The notes below the pieces were generated by a model. It saw only the letters and a list, made by a program, of their open reading frames with translations. It did not search any database and was not told the DNA's origin. Of a stretch of DNA of 64,000 nt, positions 38,663 to 47,915 are shown piece after piece; position 1 is the first letter of the stretch, and the number at the start of each line of letters is the position of its first letter. This stretch comes from an uncultured Solirubrobacterales bacterium. GTDB lineage: Bacteria > Actinomycetota > Thermoleophilia > Solirubrobacterales > 70-9. The stretch is taken from assembly GCA_963743575.1 (NCBI GenBank), contig CAVUQC010000008.1:19766-83765 (forward strand), written 5' to 3'. A program made the position numbers and the translations under genes.

Positions 38663-39928
38663 CTACTCCCTGACCTGCCCGCTGCCGTGGACGACGTACT
38701 TCGTGGTCGTCAACTCGCGCAGCCCGATCGGGCCTCGCGCGTGCAGCTTCTGGGTCGAATTGCCGATCTCCGCGCCCATCCCGAACTCATAGCCGTCAGT
38801 GAAGCGCGTGGACGCGTTCACGTAGACGGCCGCGGAATCGACCGCATCCGTGAACTCATCCCCCACCTGCTTCGAGCTGGTCACGATCGCGTCGGAATGC
38901 CCGGTCCCGTGCCGGTTGATGTGGTCAACCGCCTCGCCGAGCGAATCGACGACGCCCACCGCCATCTTCAGGCCGTGGAACTCCGTGTCCCAGTCGACCT
39001 CGGTCGCTTCGCCGACCGCCAGCCCGTCGGCAGCCTCCCGGGTGGCCTCATCGCCGACCAGCTCCACCCCGGCGTCGCTCAGCTTCGAGAGCAGCGCCGG
39101 CAACAGCTCCGCCGAGACATCGCGATGCACCAACAGGGTCTCGGCCGCATTGCAGACGCCCGGCCGCTGCACCTTGGCGTTGTACGCGATCCGCTCCGCC
39201 ATCTCCAGATCCGCGTCCTGGTGCACGTAAACATGGCAGTTGCCCGCGGCCGCGTACATCACCGGGACCTTCGCCACCTCCTTCAGGGCGTTCTTCAGCC
39301 CCTCACCGCCGCGCGGAATGATCAGATCCACCAGGCCCTCGGCGGTGGCGAGCTCGGCCAGCTGCTCGTGCCCACCACCCGAGATCAGCACCACCGACGC
39401 GGCGGGCAGCTCGGCGGCGGCGAGAGCATCGGCCAGCAGCCCGGCCAGGTAGGCATTCGAGCTCTCCGCGCTGCTCGAGCCGCGCAGCACGGCGGCGTTG
39501 CCGCTCTTCAGGCAAAGCGCAGCGGCGTCGATCGTCACGTTCGGCCGCGCCTCATAGACGACGGCCACCACCCCGATCGGAACCCGCTTCTTCGCCACCT
39601 CGAGCCCGTTCTCCAAGGTCCAGCCCTCAACCACCTCGCCGACGGGGTCCGGCAGCTCGGCGATCTCCCGCACGCCCTTCGCCATCTCGGCCACCCGCGC
39701 CTCGGTCAGCCCGAGCCGATCGAGCAGGGCCTCGTTCAGCCCCTCCTCACGCCCAGCGTCGACATCGGCCCGATTGGCCTCGAGCAGCCCCCGCGCGGAA
39801 GCGTCAATGCGGTCCGCCAGATCCCTCAGGCAGGCGTCCTTCTCATCTCGGCTGGCGCGCGCCAGCAGGTGCGAAGCATCCTTGGCCTCGCGACAGGCCT
39901 CGGCGACGGTCTTGGCTGCGGTGGCCAC
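38663..39928 (-). CDS. proA: gamma-glutamyl phosphate reductase
   Basis: 421 aa, ALDH-like, with ...NAAETLLVH... and ...ASTRFTDG... motifs. Confidence 0.93.
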   Translation of the reverse strand: MATAAKTVAEACREAKDASHLLARASRDEKDACLRDLADRIDASARGLLEANRADVDAGREEGLNEALLDRLGLTEARVAEMAKGVREIAELPDPVGEVVEGWTLENGLEVAKKRVPIGVVAVVYEARPNVTIDAAALCLKSGNAAVLRGSSSAESSNAYLAGLLADALAAAELPAASVVLISGGGHEQLAELATAEGLVDLIIPRGGEGLKNALKEVAKVPVMYAAAGNCHVYVHQDADLEMAERIAYNAKVQRPGVCNAAETLLVHRDVSAELLPALLSKLSDAGVELVGDEATREAADGLAVGEATEVDWDTEFHGLKMAVGVVDSLGEAVDHINRHGTGHSDAIVTSSKQVGDEFTDAVDSAAVYVNASTRFTDGYEFGMGAEIGNSTQKLHARGPIGLRELTTTKYVVHGSGQVRE

Positions 39929-40033
39929 CCTCTAAGAGTAACCGCGAGGGCATTCCGAACTCACCCGTATCCCTACGTCGACCCCGGGCGCTTTACGGGC
40001 TAGAGGCAATCGGAAGCTAGGGAAAGGAACAGA

Positions 40034-40528
40034 ATGCGAAAGCGCCTCACCGTGATCGCCCTCGGGTCGTTGATCGCCTGCATTGCCGTCGCGCCAGGGG
40101 CCCTCGGCAACAACGGACACGGCCAGAAGGCACCAAAGCAGGCGCCCGGTTCCATTTCGCTGACGGCGAGCCCGAGCACCGTGACGTCAACGACGAGCAC
40201 CATCTCGGTCACGGGGAACGTGATGGCCACGAGCGGCTGTCGCAAGGGCCGGACGGTGCAGTTCTCATACGTCGGGGCCGGGGGCACCACCCCGCTCACC
40301 GAAACCGCAATGACCGGTCCAAACGGTGACTTTGCGGCGACGCTGCCGAAGCCCACGGACGCAGCACCCGCGACCGTGACGCTTCAGGCAACGGCTGCAG
40401 AGACCGATCGCAGGGTCGGGAGCGCGAAGAAGGGCAAGAAGGCGAAGAAGGGCAGGAAGGCGAAGAAGGGCAGGAAGATCACCTGCCTGAGCGCCGCAGG
40501 CCAGACCACCCTCACGGTCGCGCCGTAG
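40034..40528 (+). CDS. small secreted Lys-rich two-Cys protein
   Basis: 164 aa with a signal peptide (LTVIALGSLIACIAVAPGALG), S/T-rich beta segments, and AKKGKKAKKGRKAKKGRKITC near the C-terminus. Confidence 0.55.
   Translation: MRKRLTVIALGSLIACIAVAPGALGNNGHGQKAPKQAPGSISLTASPSTVTSTTSTISVTGNVMATSGCRKGRTVQFSYVGAGGTTPLTETAMTGPNGDFAATLPKPTDAAPATVTLQATAAETDRRVGSAKKGKKAKKGRKAKKGRKITCLSAAGQTTLTVAP
40424..40477 (+). repeat. 3 x 18-nt in-frame tandem repeat (AKKG[KR]K)3
   Basis: gcgaagaagggcaAgaag / gcgaagaagggcaGgaag / gcgaagaagggcaggaag. One mismatch across the three units. Confidence 0.9.
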
Positions 40529-40549
40529 CCACAGCAGCACCCAGGGGCG

Positions 40550-40581
40550 GGAGAACGGGCCGCGCGTGCGGCCCGTTCTCC
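40550..40581 (+). terminator. long stem-loop between the Lys-rich gene and the ECF sigma gene
   Basis: g-gagaacgggc ... gcccgttctc-c is an 11-bp perfect stem, with 3 further inner pairs (cgc/gcg). It lies 22 nt after the TAG at 40526 and overlaps the track GTG start at 40566. Confidence 0.5.
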
Positions 40582-40616
40582 TGCGCTACGGTCGCGGCGT
40601 GGCCGGCGATCGCTTC

Positions 40617-41150
40617 ATGCGGCGGCTCGACCGGGCGCGAGACGGCGATGAGGCCGCTTGGGCCGAAATCTTCGCCGAGCTGGCGCCTGTCGTGCTCGGC
40701 TATCTGCGCGCCAACGGCGCCCCGGATCCGGAGGACGTTCTGAGCGAAGCCTTCCTCCAGGTTGCCCGGGACATCGCTGCATTCGAGGGCGATCAGGAGA
40801 GCTTTCGCGCCTGGGTCTTCACGATCGCGCATCACCGGCTGATCGACGCCCGCCGGCATTCGGCGCGGCGACCGATTGAGCTCACTCCGGAGCCGCCTGA
40901 GCCGAGGGCGCGGGAAGCGGATGCCGCCGAGGAAGCGCTGGCGAGAATCGGCCTGGAGCGGGTCCAGGAGGTTCTCGCCGGCCTCTCGGATGAGCAACGG
41001 GAGGTGCTGCTTCTGCGCGTGGTCGGGGACCTGAGCATCGAAAACGTGGCCAGGGCGATGGGCAAACGACCCGGTGCGGTGAAGGCGCTCCAGCGTCGCG
41101 GGCTCGCGGCGATCAAGCGAGAAATGGCCCGGAAGGGGGTAACCCTGTGA
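40617..41150 (+). CDS. ECF-type RNA polymerase sigma-70 factor
   Basis: Region 2 (AWAEIFAEL...LSEAFLQVARDI..F.....FRAWVFTIAHHRLIDARR) and region 4 (LSDEQREVLLLRVVGDLSIENVARAMGKRPGAVKALQRRG). ATG 40617 is preferred over GTG 40566. Confidence 0.85.
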   Translation: MRRLDRARDGDEAAWAEIFAELAPVVLGYLRANGAPDPEDVLSEAFLQVARDIAAFEGDQESFRAWVFTIAHHRLIDARRHSARRPIELTPEPPEPRAREADAAEEALARIGLERVQEVLAGLSDEQREVLLLRVVGDLSIENVARAMGKRPGAVKALQRRGLAAIKREMARKGVTL

Positions 41151-41860
41151 ACGGAAACGGCGCTTACAGGGATGAGATGAGCGAGATCGTCCTATTCCAG
41201 AAGGCGCTGCAGGCGGCTGTTCCGAGTCGGCCCGATCCGGGACTCGGCGCGGAGCTGGTCCCGAGGCTCGCCCACACCGTCCGCGCTTCGGCCCTGGAGA
41301 TCGAAGGGCAGGCCGCAAGGCGTGGCCCCTCACGCTCTCGGGGGGCCGGGTTCCGGCGGCGCGCCCGGATCGCGAGGGTCGCTCTCGTCGTGGCCGTCCT
41401 GCCCCTGGCGCTCGCCGGGTTGGCGTTCGCCGGCGTCACCATGCCGAGCCCGGTCCGCTCCGTCTTCAATTCAGCCGGCGTCCATCTGCCCAACCAACCC
41501 TCAGCCGGTCATGAGGCGGGGACGGCACCGGCCTCCGCTCCAAGCTCGCAGTCACACCGCGAGACCACGACCTCCCGCGGCCATTCCCAGCGTGCCCACC
41601 GCAGGGCCGAGCGCGCGCAGAACCACACCGCCACGGGAAACCCCGGCCGCCGCGTCCGTCGCCACGGCCAGGGACCCGTGCCCGGGCCTGCCTCCGCGCC
41701 CCAGGGCAATGCCCTCGGGCACGCCAAGCCGCATGGCAATTCGCAGAACACCTCCAGAGGCTCCGGCTCACCGGCCTCGCCCGGGAACTCGGGCAACGCC
41801 CCCGGGCAGACCGGCGTCCACGACGGAGGCGCCGCGAACGGTCACGGCAAGTCCGGTTAG
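41147..41860 (+). CDS. putative anti-sigma factor: single TM plus a low-complexity extracytoplasmic tail
   Basis: 4-nt overlap with the sigma gene. TM is ARVALVVAVLPLALAGLAFAGV. The tail is rich in G/N/S/H/P. The role is inferred from position only. Confidence 0.45.
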   Translation: MNGNGAYRDEMSEIVLFQKALQAAVPSRPDPGLGAELVPRLAHTVRASALEIEGQAARRGPSRSRGAGFRRRARIARVALVVAVLPLALAGLAFAGVTMPSPVRSVFNSAGVHLPNQPSAGHEAGTAPASAPSSQSHRETTTSRGHSQRAHRRAERAQNHTATGNPGRRVRRHGQGPVPGPASAPQGNALGHAKPHGNSQNTSRGSGSPASPGNSGNAPGQTGVHDGGAANGHGKSG

Positions 41861-41950
41861 ACCTGCGCCTTCTCGCGCTGCTCCGAACGCACGGCCCTTG
41901 CGCGTGTCGATGAAATTCGGCGACAGGACCCGCCCGCCAGCGCGAATCGT

Positions 41951-43417
41951 CTAGAGCTGGATGCTCTTGATCTCGAGGAACTCCTCGAGGCCGAACTTGC
42001 CGAGCTCGCGACCGTGACCGGACTGCTTCACGCCACCGAACGGGGCAAGTGGATTGAACGTCGCGCCGTTGATCTGGACCTGGCCGGTGCGCATTCGACG
42101 AGCAAATGCCTTGGCCCGCTCGGGGTCGGCAGACCAGACGCCGCCGTCAAGCCCATAGATGGTCGAGTTGGCGATCTCCGCCGCCTCGTCCTCCGAGTCA
42201 TAGGGAATGATCGAGAGCACCGGCCCGAAGATCTCCTCCTGGGCAATGGTCATATCGGGCTTCACGTCGGAGAAGACCGTCGGCCGAACGAAGTAGCCCG
42301 TCTCCAGGCCGGCGGGCGGCTCCGCGCCTCCGGTCACCAGCTTGGCGCCCTCGTCCTCGCCCTTCTGGATGAAGCCGCGGACCCGCTCCTGCTGGGCCTC
42401 CGAGACCAGCGGGCCCAGGCGGGTGCCGTCCTCGAACGGATCGCCAGGTGTCGCCTTCTCGGCGGCGGCCGCCGCGACCTGCTCAGCCTCCGCCAGCTTC
42501 TCGCGCGGGACGAGCATCCGGGTATGCGCGCTGCAGGTCTGTCCCGAGTTGAGGTAGCAGTTCCCAACACCGTGACCAACGGCCGCCTTCAGGTCGGCGT
42601 CGTCGAGAATCACGTTCGCGGACTTGCCGCCGAGCTCCAGCGCCACCCGCTTGACGGTCCCGGCGGCGACCTCGCTGACCCGCCGCCCGGCTCGCGTCGA
42701 CCCGGTGAACGAGACCATGTCGACGTCGTCGTTGGCCGCGATCGCCTCGCCGACCACCGGGCCGAAACCCGTCACGAGGTTGAACACCCCGGCGGGAAGA
42801 TCGAGCGAGTCGATGATCTCGGCGAGGATGAACGAGGTGAGCGGCGTCACCTCGCTCGGCTTGACGACCACCGAGCAGCCCGCGGTCAGCGCGGGTGCGA
42901 CCTTCGCGCAGATCTGGTGGAGCGGGTAATTCCAAGGGGTGATGCAGCCGACCACTCCGATCGGCTCACGCACCACGAGTGAGTTGCCGATCTGCTCCTC
43001 CCAGACGACCTCGGAGGCGACCTGCGCCTGCGAGCCGAAGTCCATCGCCGGCAGGCCGGCCTGAATGGTCCGTGACAGCGCGAGTGGCATCCCCACCTCG
43101 GCCGAGACCAGCGTCGCGATCTCATCCGCGCGCTCGGCGAGCGCCGCGCTGATCGCCATGCAGGCGTCGACCCGCTGCTCGACCGGCACCCGGCGCCACG
43201 CCTCGAAGCCCGGACGCGCCGCCGTCACCGCGCGATCGAGGTCCTCGGGGGTGCCCTCGGGGATCCGTCCGATCACCTTCTCCGTGGTCGAGTCGATCAC
43301 CTCGATCGTGCCATCTCCCGACGGCTCGACCCACTCACCGCCGATGTAGAGGCGGTCGCGAACGATCTCGTTGGTCGGGTGTCCCGCCTGGGCGGGAGCT
43401 GCAGTCTCAGTGGCCAC
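41951..43417 (-). CDS. NAD(P)-dependent aldehyde dehydrogenase
   Basis: GTG 43417 is preceded by GGAGGAA. Contains ELGGKSA and the catalytic Cys context GQTCSAHTR (488 aa). The track ORF has a spurious 125-codon extension. Confidence 0.9.
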   Translation of the reverse strand: MATETAAPAQAGHPTNEIVRDRLYIGGEWVEPSGDGTIEVIDSTTEKVIGRIPEGTPEDLDRAVTAARPGFEAWRRVPVEQRVDACMAISAALAERADEIATLVSAEVGMPLALSRTIQAGLPAMDFGSQAQVASEVVWEEQIGNSLVVREPIGVVGCITPWNYPLHQICAKVAPALTAGCSVVVKPSEVTPLTSFILAEIIDSLDLPAGVFNLVTGFGPVVGEAIAANDDVDMVSFTGSTRAGRRVSEVAAGTVKRVALELGGKSANVILDDADLKAAVGHGVGNCYLNSGQTCSAHTRMLVPREKLAEAEQVAAAAAEKATPGDPFEDGTRLGPLVSEAQQERVRGFIQKGEDEGAKLVTGGAEPPAGLETGYFVRPTVFSDVKPDMTIAQEEIFGPVLSIIPYDSEDEAAEIANSTIYGLDGGVWSADPERAKAFARRMRTGQVQINGATFNPLAPFGGVKQSGHGRELGKFGLEEFLEIKSIQL

Positions 43418-43445
43418 GGTCGATTCCTCCTGGTTCGAGTTCTGT

Positions 43446-45467
43446 CTAAGCGGGTTGTGCTTCGGCCGATTCCGCGGATGCCGCTGATGCGCCGGCATCC
43501 TCGGCGATCGCCTCGGCGGTGCGATGTGCGAGCGCCATGATCGAGACCATCGGATTGGTTCCCGACGAGGTCGGGAAGGCACTGCCGTCCCCGATCCAGA
43601 CGCCCTTGGTGTCGTGCAACTCGCCCCACGGCCCCGCAACGGAGGTCTGGGGGTCCTCGCCCATCCGGCAAGTCCCCATCTGGTGTGCGCTGAAGAGCTT
43701 GTAGCCGCCCGCTCGGAACGGGATTCGCTTGACGGCGGCGATGAACGCCTCGAGGTCGTCGCCCCGGCGCCACGTCGGCGCGCCCTCGGCAAGCGGGCCG
43801 ATCTGGTGCGCTCCCGCGGCCTCGTGCAGGCGGATCTGAACCTCGATCCCCTTCTTCAAGTTCTCCAGGTCGAGCGGATCGGTCACCGAGTAGAGCGGCA
43901 TCGCCTCCCCGTTGGCGTCGACCATCACCTGGCCGGATCCTCGGTCGCGCGTCAGCGAGATGAAGTTGGCCGTGAAGCGGAACTCCTCCATGCGCTGCTT
44001 GTGATCGGCGGCGGAGATCCACGGCGTCGCCGAGCCGATCAATCCCGGCGCGTACTGCGCCGTCTCGATCAGGAAGCCGAAGCCCTCACCGGTGTCCGCG
44101 AACTCGTCGCAGAGCCCGGCCTGTGGCGCACCCCACCATGCCTCCTGGTCGGTGCCATACGCGCCACCCACGACGCTCGAGGGATGCAGCCTCAGGTTCT
44201 GCCCGACCACCGGGCCGCCGATTTCGGACCGCAGCAGTAGAGCCGGTGATTCGAGCGAGCCGCAGGCCGCGACCACCCGCGGCGCCCTCACCGTCACCTG
44301 GGCGCTGCGCCCGTCCGGCGTCTGCCACACCGCCTCGACTCCGCTGGCTCGCCCGCCCTCGGTGAGGATCCGCGTAGCGCGGGTGAACGTGAGGAGGCGC
44401 GCCCCCTGCTCCTGTGCGTCGGCGAGCCAGGTTCTGTCGGCGCTCTGCTTGCTCCCCGACTGATCGCCGAAACCGAGGTAAGCCGCTGTCTCGGGCGAGT
44501 AGGCGCCCTCGTCCGTGTTCCGCACGATCGTCTCGAAGCTCCAGCCGAGCGCCTCGGTCCCCTCCCGCAGCCGCTGCTGAGTCCCGTTCAGCTCGCTGCA
44601 CCGGTCGTTGGCGCTGATGCGCTCCAGCACCGTGTCGAGGTGGCGGTCATACGCCGACTCGCCGACGTCCCCAAGTCCGTGCTGTGCCCACTCCTCGCGG
44701 ACCCAGGACCGGGTGCGCAGGCAGTTCGTCCAGTTGATCGTGGTGCCGCCCCCGAGCGTCGTCCCTGCCACCAGGCTGACGTTGCCGTCGGCGGTCGGGG
44801 TCGGGCCGCCGCGCCAGAACATCTGCTGGTAGGCGGGCAGCTCGAGTTGGGCGAAGTCGGATTCGTTGTAGTAGCCGGCGCCCTCGAGGACGACCACGTC
44901 CAGGCCGCGCGACGCGAGCACCGCCGCGATCACCGACCCGCCCGAGCCGGACCCGACGATGCAGACGTCCGCCTCCAGCGTCTCCTCGGCTCCCGAGGGC
45001 TCGTGGATCTTCAGCGGCTTCTCCACCTGCGGCGGCGGAGAGATCGGCCCCGGGTACCTAAAGGCCTTCCAGTTCGGATTCTGGCCGCTCTCGGGGTCGG
45101 GCGCGCCGTAGTGGAGGAAGAGGGTCATTCCGATCAGCGCGGCCACGCCGGCGGCGGCGCGCGGGTCGGCGAAGGCCGTGTTGCGCAGGATCTGCTCCCT
45201 CGACTCCTGGGACGGAGCCTGGGTGATCCCCTGGCCGCCGAGCGCGTCGAGCAGCATCAGAAGGCCGCCCCGCAGCTCGGGATCCGGGATCTCGGAGATC
45301 AGCTGGGCGGCGCCGGCATCGACGCCGATGTCGCTCGCCTTGCGGCCCCAGAGGCCCTCCGGGTCGCGATCGCGTGGCAGCGAGGGAACGACCGTGTCGC
45401 AGACCGCGGTCAGGACCGCCTGCTGCGGGTCGCTCAGCACCGTTCCCGCTTCCTCTCCGGAGCCCAT
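43446..45467 (-). CDS. GMC-family FAD oxidoreductase (long-chain alcohol oxidase-like)
   Basis: 673 aa with FAD-binding [12 protein letters not shown], a C-terminal GMC domain (...HQMGTCRMG...) and an N-terminal ~140-aa extension. Confidence 0.82.
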   Translation of the reverse strand: MGSGEEAGTVLSDPQQAVLTAVCDTVVPSLPRDRDPEGLWGRKASDIGVDAGAAQLISEIPDPELRGGLLMLLDALGGQGITQAPSQESREQILRNTAFADPRAAAGVAALIGMTLFLHYGAPDPESGQNPNWKAFRYPGPISPPPQVEKPLKIHEPSGAEETLEADVCIVGSGSGGSVIAAVLASRGLDVVVLEGAGYYNESDFAQLELPAYQQMFWRGGPTPTADGNVSLVAGTTLGGGTTINWTNCLRTRSWVREEWAQHGLGDVGESAYDRHLDTVLERISANDRCSELNGTQQRLREGTEALGWSFETIVRNTDEGAYSPETAAYLGFGDQSGSKQSADRTWLADAQEQGARLLTFTRATRILTEGGRASGVEAVWQTPDGRSAQVTVRAPRVVAACGSLESPALLLRSEIGGPVVGQNLRLHPSSVVGGAYGTDQEAWWGAPQAGLCDEFADTGEGFGFLIETAQYAPGLIGSATPWISAADHKQRMEEFRFTANFISLTRDRGSGQVMVDANGEAMPLYSVTDPLDLENLKKGIEVQIRLHEAAGAHQIGPLAEGAPTWRRGDDLEAFIAAVKRIPFRAGGYKLFSAHQMGTCRMGEDPQTSVAGPWGELHDTKGVWIGDGSAFPTSSGTNPMVSIMALAHRTAEAIAEDAGASAASAESAEAQPA

Positions 45468-45505
45468 CGCCCGAGACTCTACTGGCTGGCTGGCCAGTCT
45501 CGGGC

Positions 45506-46594
45506 TCAGGTGAGCACGAAGTAGTCGCGGTGCACCGCCTCCTCGGAGGCGTGCGGAAGCAGCTCTCTGACCTTTTCGGTCCGCATCCCCTTGATCCGGC
45601 GGAGCTCGGAGGCGGAGTAGTTGACGATGCCCTTGCCGATCGTCCCGCCGTCCATGGCCACCTCGACCGCGTCGCCGGCGTCGAACTCGCCCTCCACCTC
45701 GGTGATCCCGACCGGCAGCAGGCTGCTGCCCTTCTCGCGCAGGACGCGGGCCGCTCCGTCGTCCACCCGGAGCGTGCCGTGGCTCGGCTTGGCGTAGCGA
45801 AGCCAGAGCTTGAAGCTCGACGCCCGCTGCCGGTGGGGGCTGAAGTGCGTCCCGGCGGACTCGCCGCCCGCGGCCCCAAGCAGGGTGCCGTGGGCGGTGC
45901 CGTCGCAGATCACTGCACCGATCCCGGAGGCGCCCGCCATGGTCGCCGCCGCGACCTTGCTGCGCATTCCGCCGAGCCCGAAGGGCGAGGTGTGCTCGCC
46001 GATCTCATAGCCGCCGAGCTGGCCCTCGTCCGTGACCTCGGAAACCAGCTCGGCGTCGTCGTGACGCCGGGGGTCCTTCGTGTAGAGGCCGGTCTGGTCC
46101 GTGAGCAGCACCAGCAGCCGGGCCTCGAGCATGATCGCCACCTGCGCTGCCAGGAAGTCGTTGTCGCCGAAGGTGATCTCGTCGGTCGCCGTCGTGTCGT
46201 TCTCGTTGACGACCGGAACCACGCGCCAGGCGAGCAGGCGGCTGAGAGTCTGGCGGGCGTTCAGGTAGTGCGTCCGCTGCTGCAGGTCGGAGGCGGTGAG
46301 CAGGACCTGCGCGGCCCGCACATCTCCCTTCGCCAGACGCTCCTCGTAAGCCCGGAAGAGGCTGCCCTGTCCCACCGCGGAGGCCGCCTGAAGCTCGTCG
46401 ATCGCGGAGGGCCGGGCCGGCAGATCCATCACCCGCATCCCCCGGGCGATCGCGCCCGAGGTGACCATCACGACGTTCTCGCCGCTCGCGTGCAGCTGGG
46501 CGACCTGCGCGCAGACACTGTCCAGGACCTCGCTGCGAAGCGCGCCCTCCTCTCCGGCGACGATCGACGACCCGAGTTTCGCGACCACGGTCAT
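45506..46594 (-). CDS. proB: glutamate 5-kinase with a PUA domain
   Basis: 362 aa. VVKLGSS-type start (VVAKLGSSIV), an amino-acid kinase fold and a C-terminal PUA (LLPVGITEVEGEF..GD.V). Confidence 0.93.
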   Translation of the reverse strand: MTVVAKLGSSIVAGEEGALRSEVLDSVCAQVAQLHASGENVVMVTSGAIARGMRVMDLPARPSAIDELQAASAVGQGSLFRAYEERLAKGDVRAAQVLLTASDLQQRTHYLNARQTLSRLLAWRVVPVVNENDTTATDEITFGDNDFLAAQVAIMLEARLLVLLTDQTGLYTKDPRRHDDAELVSEVTDEGQLGGYEIGEHTSPFGLGGMRSKVAAATMAGASGIGAVICDGTAHGTLLGAAGGESAGTHFSPHRQRASSFKLWLRYAKPSHGTLRVDDGAARVLREKGSSLLPVGITEVEGEFDAGDAVEVAMDGGTIGKGIVNYSASELRRIKGMRTEKVRELLPHASEEAVHRDYFVLT

Positions 46595-46601
46595 GGCCGA
46601 A

Positions 46602-47879
46602 TCATCGCGGGTCGAGCTCGAACTCGAGGTCGCCGACGACCACCTCGTCGCCCGGCTCGAAGCCGGCTCGCTGCAACGCCGCGATCACGCCGATCTCGCG
46701 CAGGCGCCGCTCCAGGTAGTCGAGGGCCTCGGGGTTCTCGAGGTCGTGCCGCGCGATCAGCAGCTCGATTCCCCGGCCGATGATCCTGAACCGTCCGTCG
46801 CCCTCCGGCACGACGTCGAAGCCCTCCTCATCCCCCGGGCGGTAGACGCGATGCTCGGCGTCGAACTCCTTCTCATCCGCGGCCACCGCGTCCGACTCGT
46901 CGGGCAGCGCCGCGAAGATCGCCTGGGTGAGCTGGTCGAGGCCGGCTCCGGTCGCGGAGGAGATGCCCACCACCTCGCTGCCGGCCCGCTCGCTCCACTG
47001 CTGCACCAGGCTCTGGGCCTCGCCCTCGGGGATCAGGTCCACCTTGGAGAGGGCGATGATCTCCGGCAGCCCGTCGAGCCCGGCCCCGTAGCCGGCGAGC
47101 TCGCCCCTGATCGTCTCGTAGCTGGTCTCCGGATCGCCCTCGGCCGGCGCCACCTCGACCAGATGCACGAGGAGGCGGCAGCGCTCCAGGTGGGCGAGGA
47201 ACTCGTGGCCGAGCCCCGCTCCGTCAGCCGCACCCTCGATCAGGCCGGGGATGTCGGCGAGCACGAGCTGATGGCCGTCGAGCTCGATCGTCCCCAGGTT
47301 GGGCTCGACGGTCGTGAAGGGGTAGCCGGCGACCTTCGGATCGGCCCGGGTAAGCCTGGCCAGGAGCGAGGACTTGCCGGCATTGGGCAGACCCACCAGG
47401 CCGACGTCGGCGAGCAGCTTGAGGCGCAGCTCGATCTCACCGGACTCCCCCTCGAGGCCGCGCTCCGCGAACCGCGGTGCCTGCCGCGTTGAGGTGGCGA
47501 AGCGCTTGTTGCCGTGGCCGCCCGAGCCGCCGCGCGCGACCACGACCCGCTGGCCGTCGGCCAGCAGCTCAGCCTCAGAGCCGTCGAGACCCAGGACGAC
47601 CGTCCCCGGTGGCACTGCGATGACGCGATCCGCCCCGCGCTCCCCATGCTGGCGCTTGCCCTTGCCGTGCTCCCCGCGTCCGGCGCGGAAGTGCCGACTC
47701 CGCCCGAGCGAGGAGAGGTCGCGGCGCTGGGCGTCGCAGGCCAGCACGACGTCGCCGCCGCGCCCGCCGTCGCCGCCGTCGGGACCGCCCCGCGGCACAT
47801 GCGCCTCGCGCCGAAAGCTGACCACGCCGTTGCCGCCGCCGCCACCCTCCACATAGATCTTGGCTCGATCGAAAAGCAC
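46602..47879 (-). CDS. obg: GTPase ObgE/CgtA
   Basis: Obg fold (GGGGNGVVSFRRE), G domain (GLPNAGKSSLL, DIPGLIEGA) and a C-terminal OCT domain. Confidence 0.95.
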   Translation of the reverse strand: MLFDRAKIYVEGGGGGNGVVSFRREAHVPRGGPDGGDGGRGGDVVLACDAQRRDLSSLGRSRHFRAGRGEHGKGKRQHGERGADRVIAVPPGTVVLGLDGSEAELLADGQRVVVARGGSGGHGNKRFATSTRQAPRFAERGLEGESGEIELRLKLLADVGLVGLPNAGKSSLLARLTRADPKVAGYPFTTVEPNLGTIELDGHQLVLADIPGLIEGAADGAGLGHEFLAHLERCRLLVHLVEVAPAEGDPETSYETIRGELAGYGAGLDGLPEIIALSKVDLIPEGEAQSLVQQWSERAGSEVVGISSATGAGLDQLTQAIFAALPDESDAVAADEKEFDAEHRVYRPGDEEGFDVVPEGDGRFRIIGRGIELLIARHDLENPEALDYLERRLREIGVIAALQRAGFEPGDEVVVGDLEFELDPR

Positions 47880-47915
47880 GGCGCGAAGGTAGCCGGATGG
47901 AGTTGTCCGGAGGCC

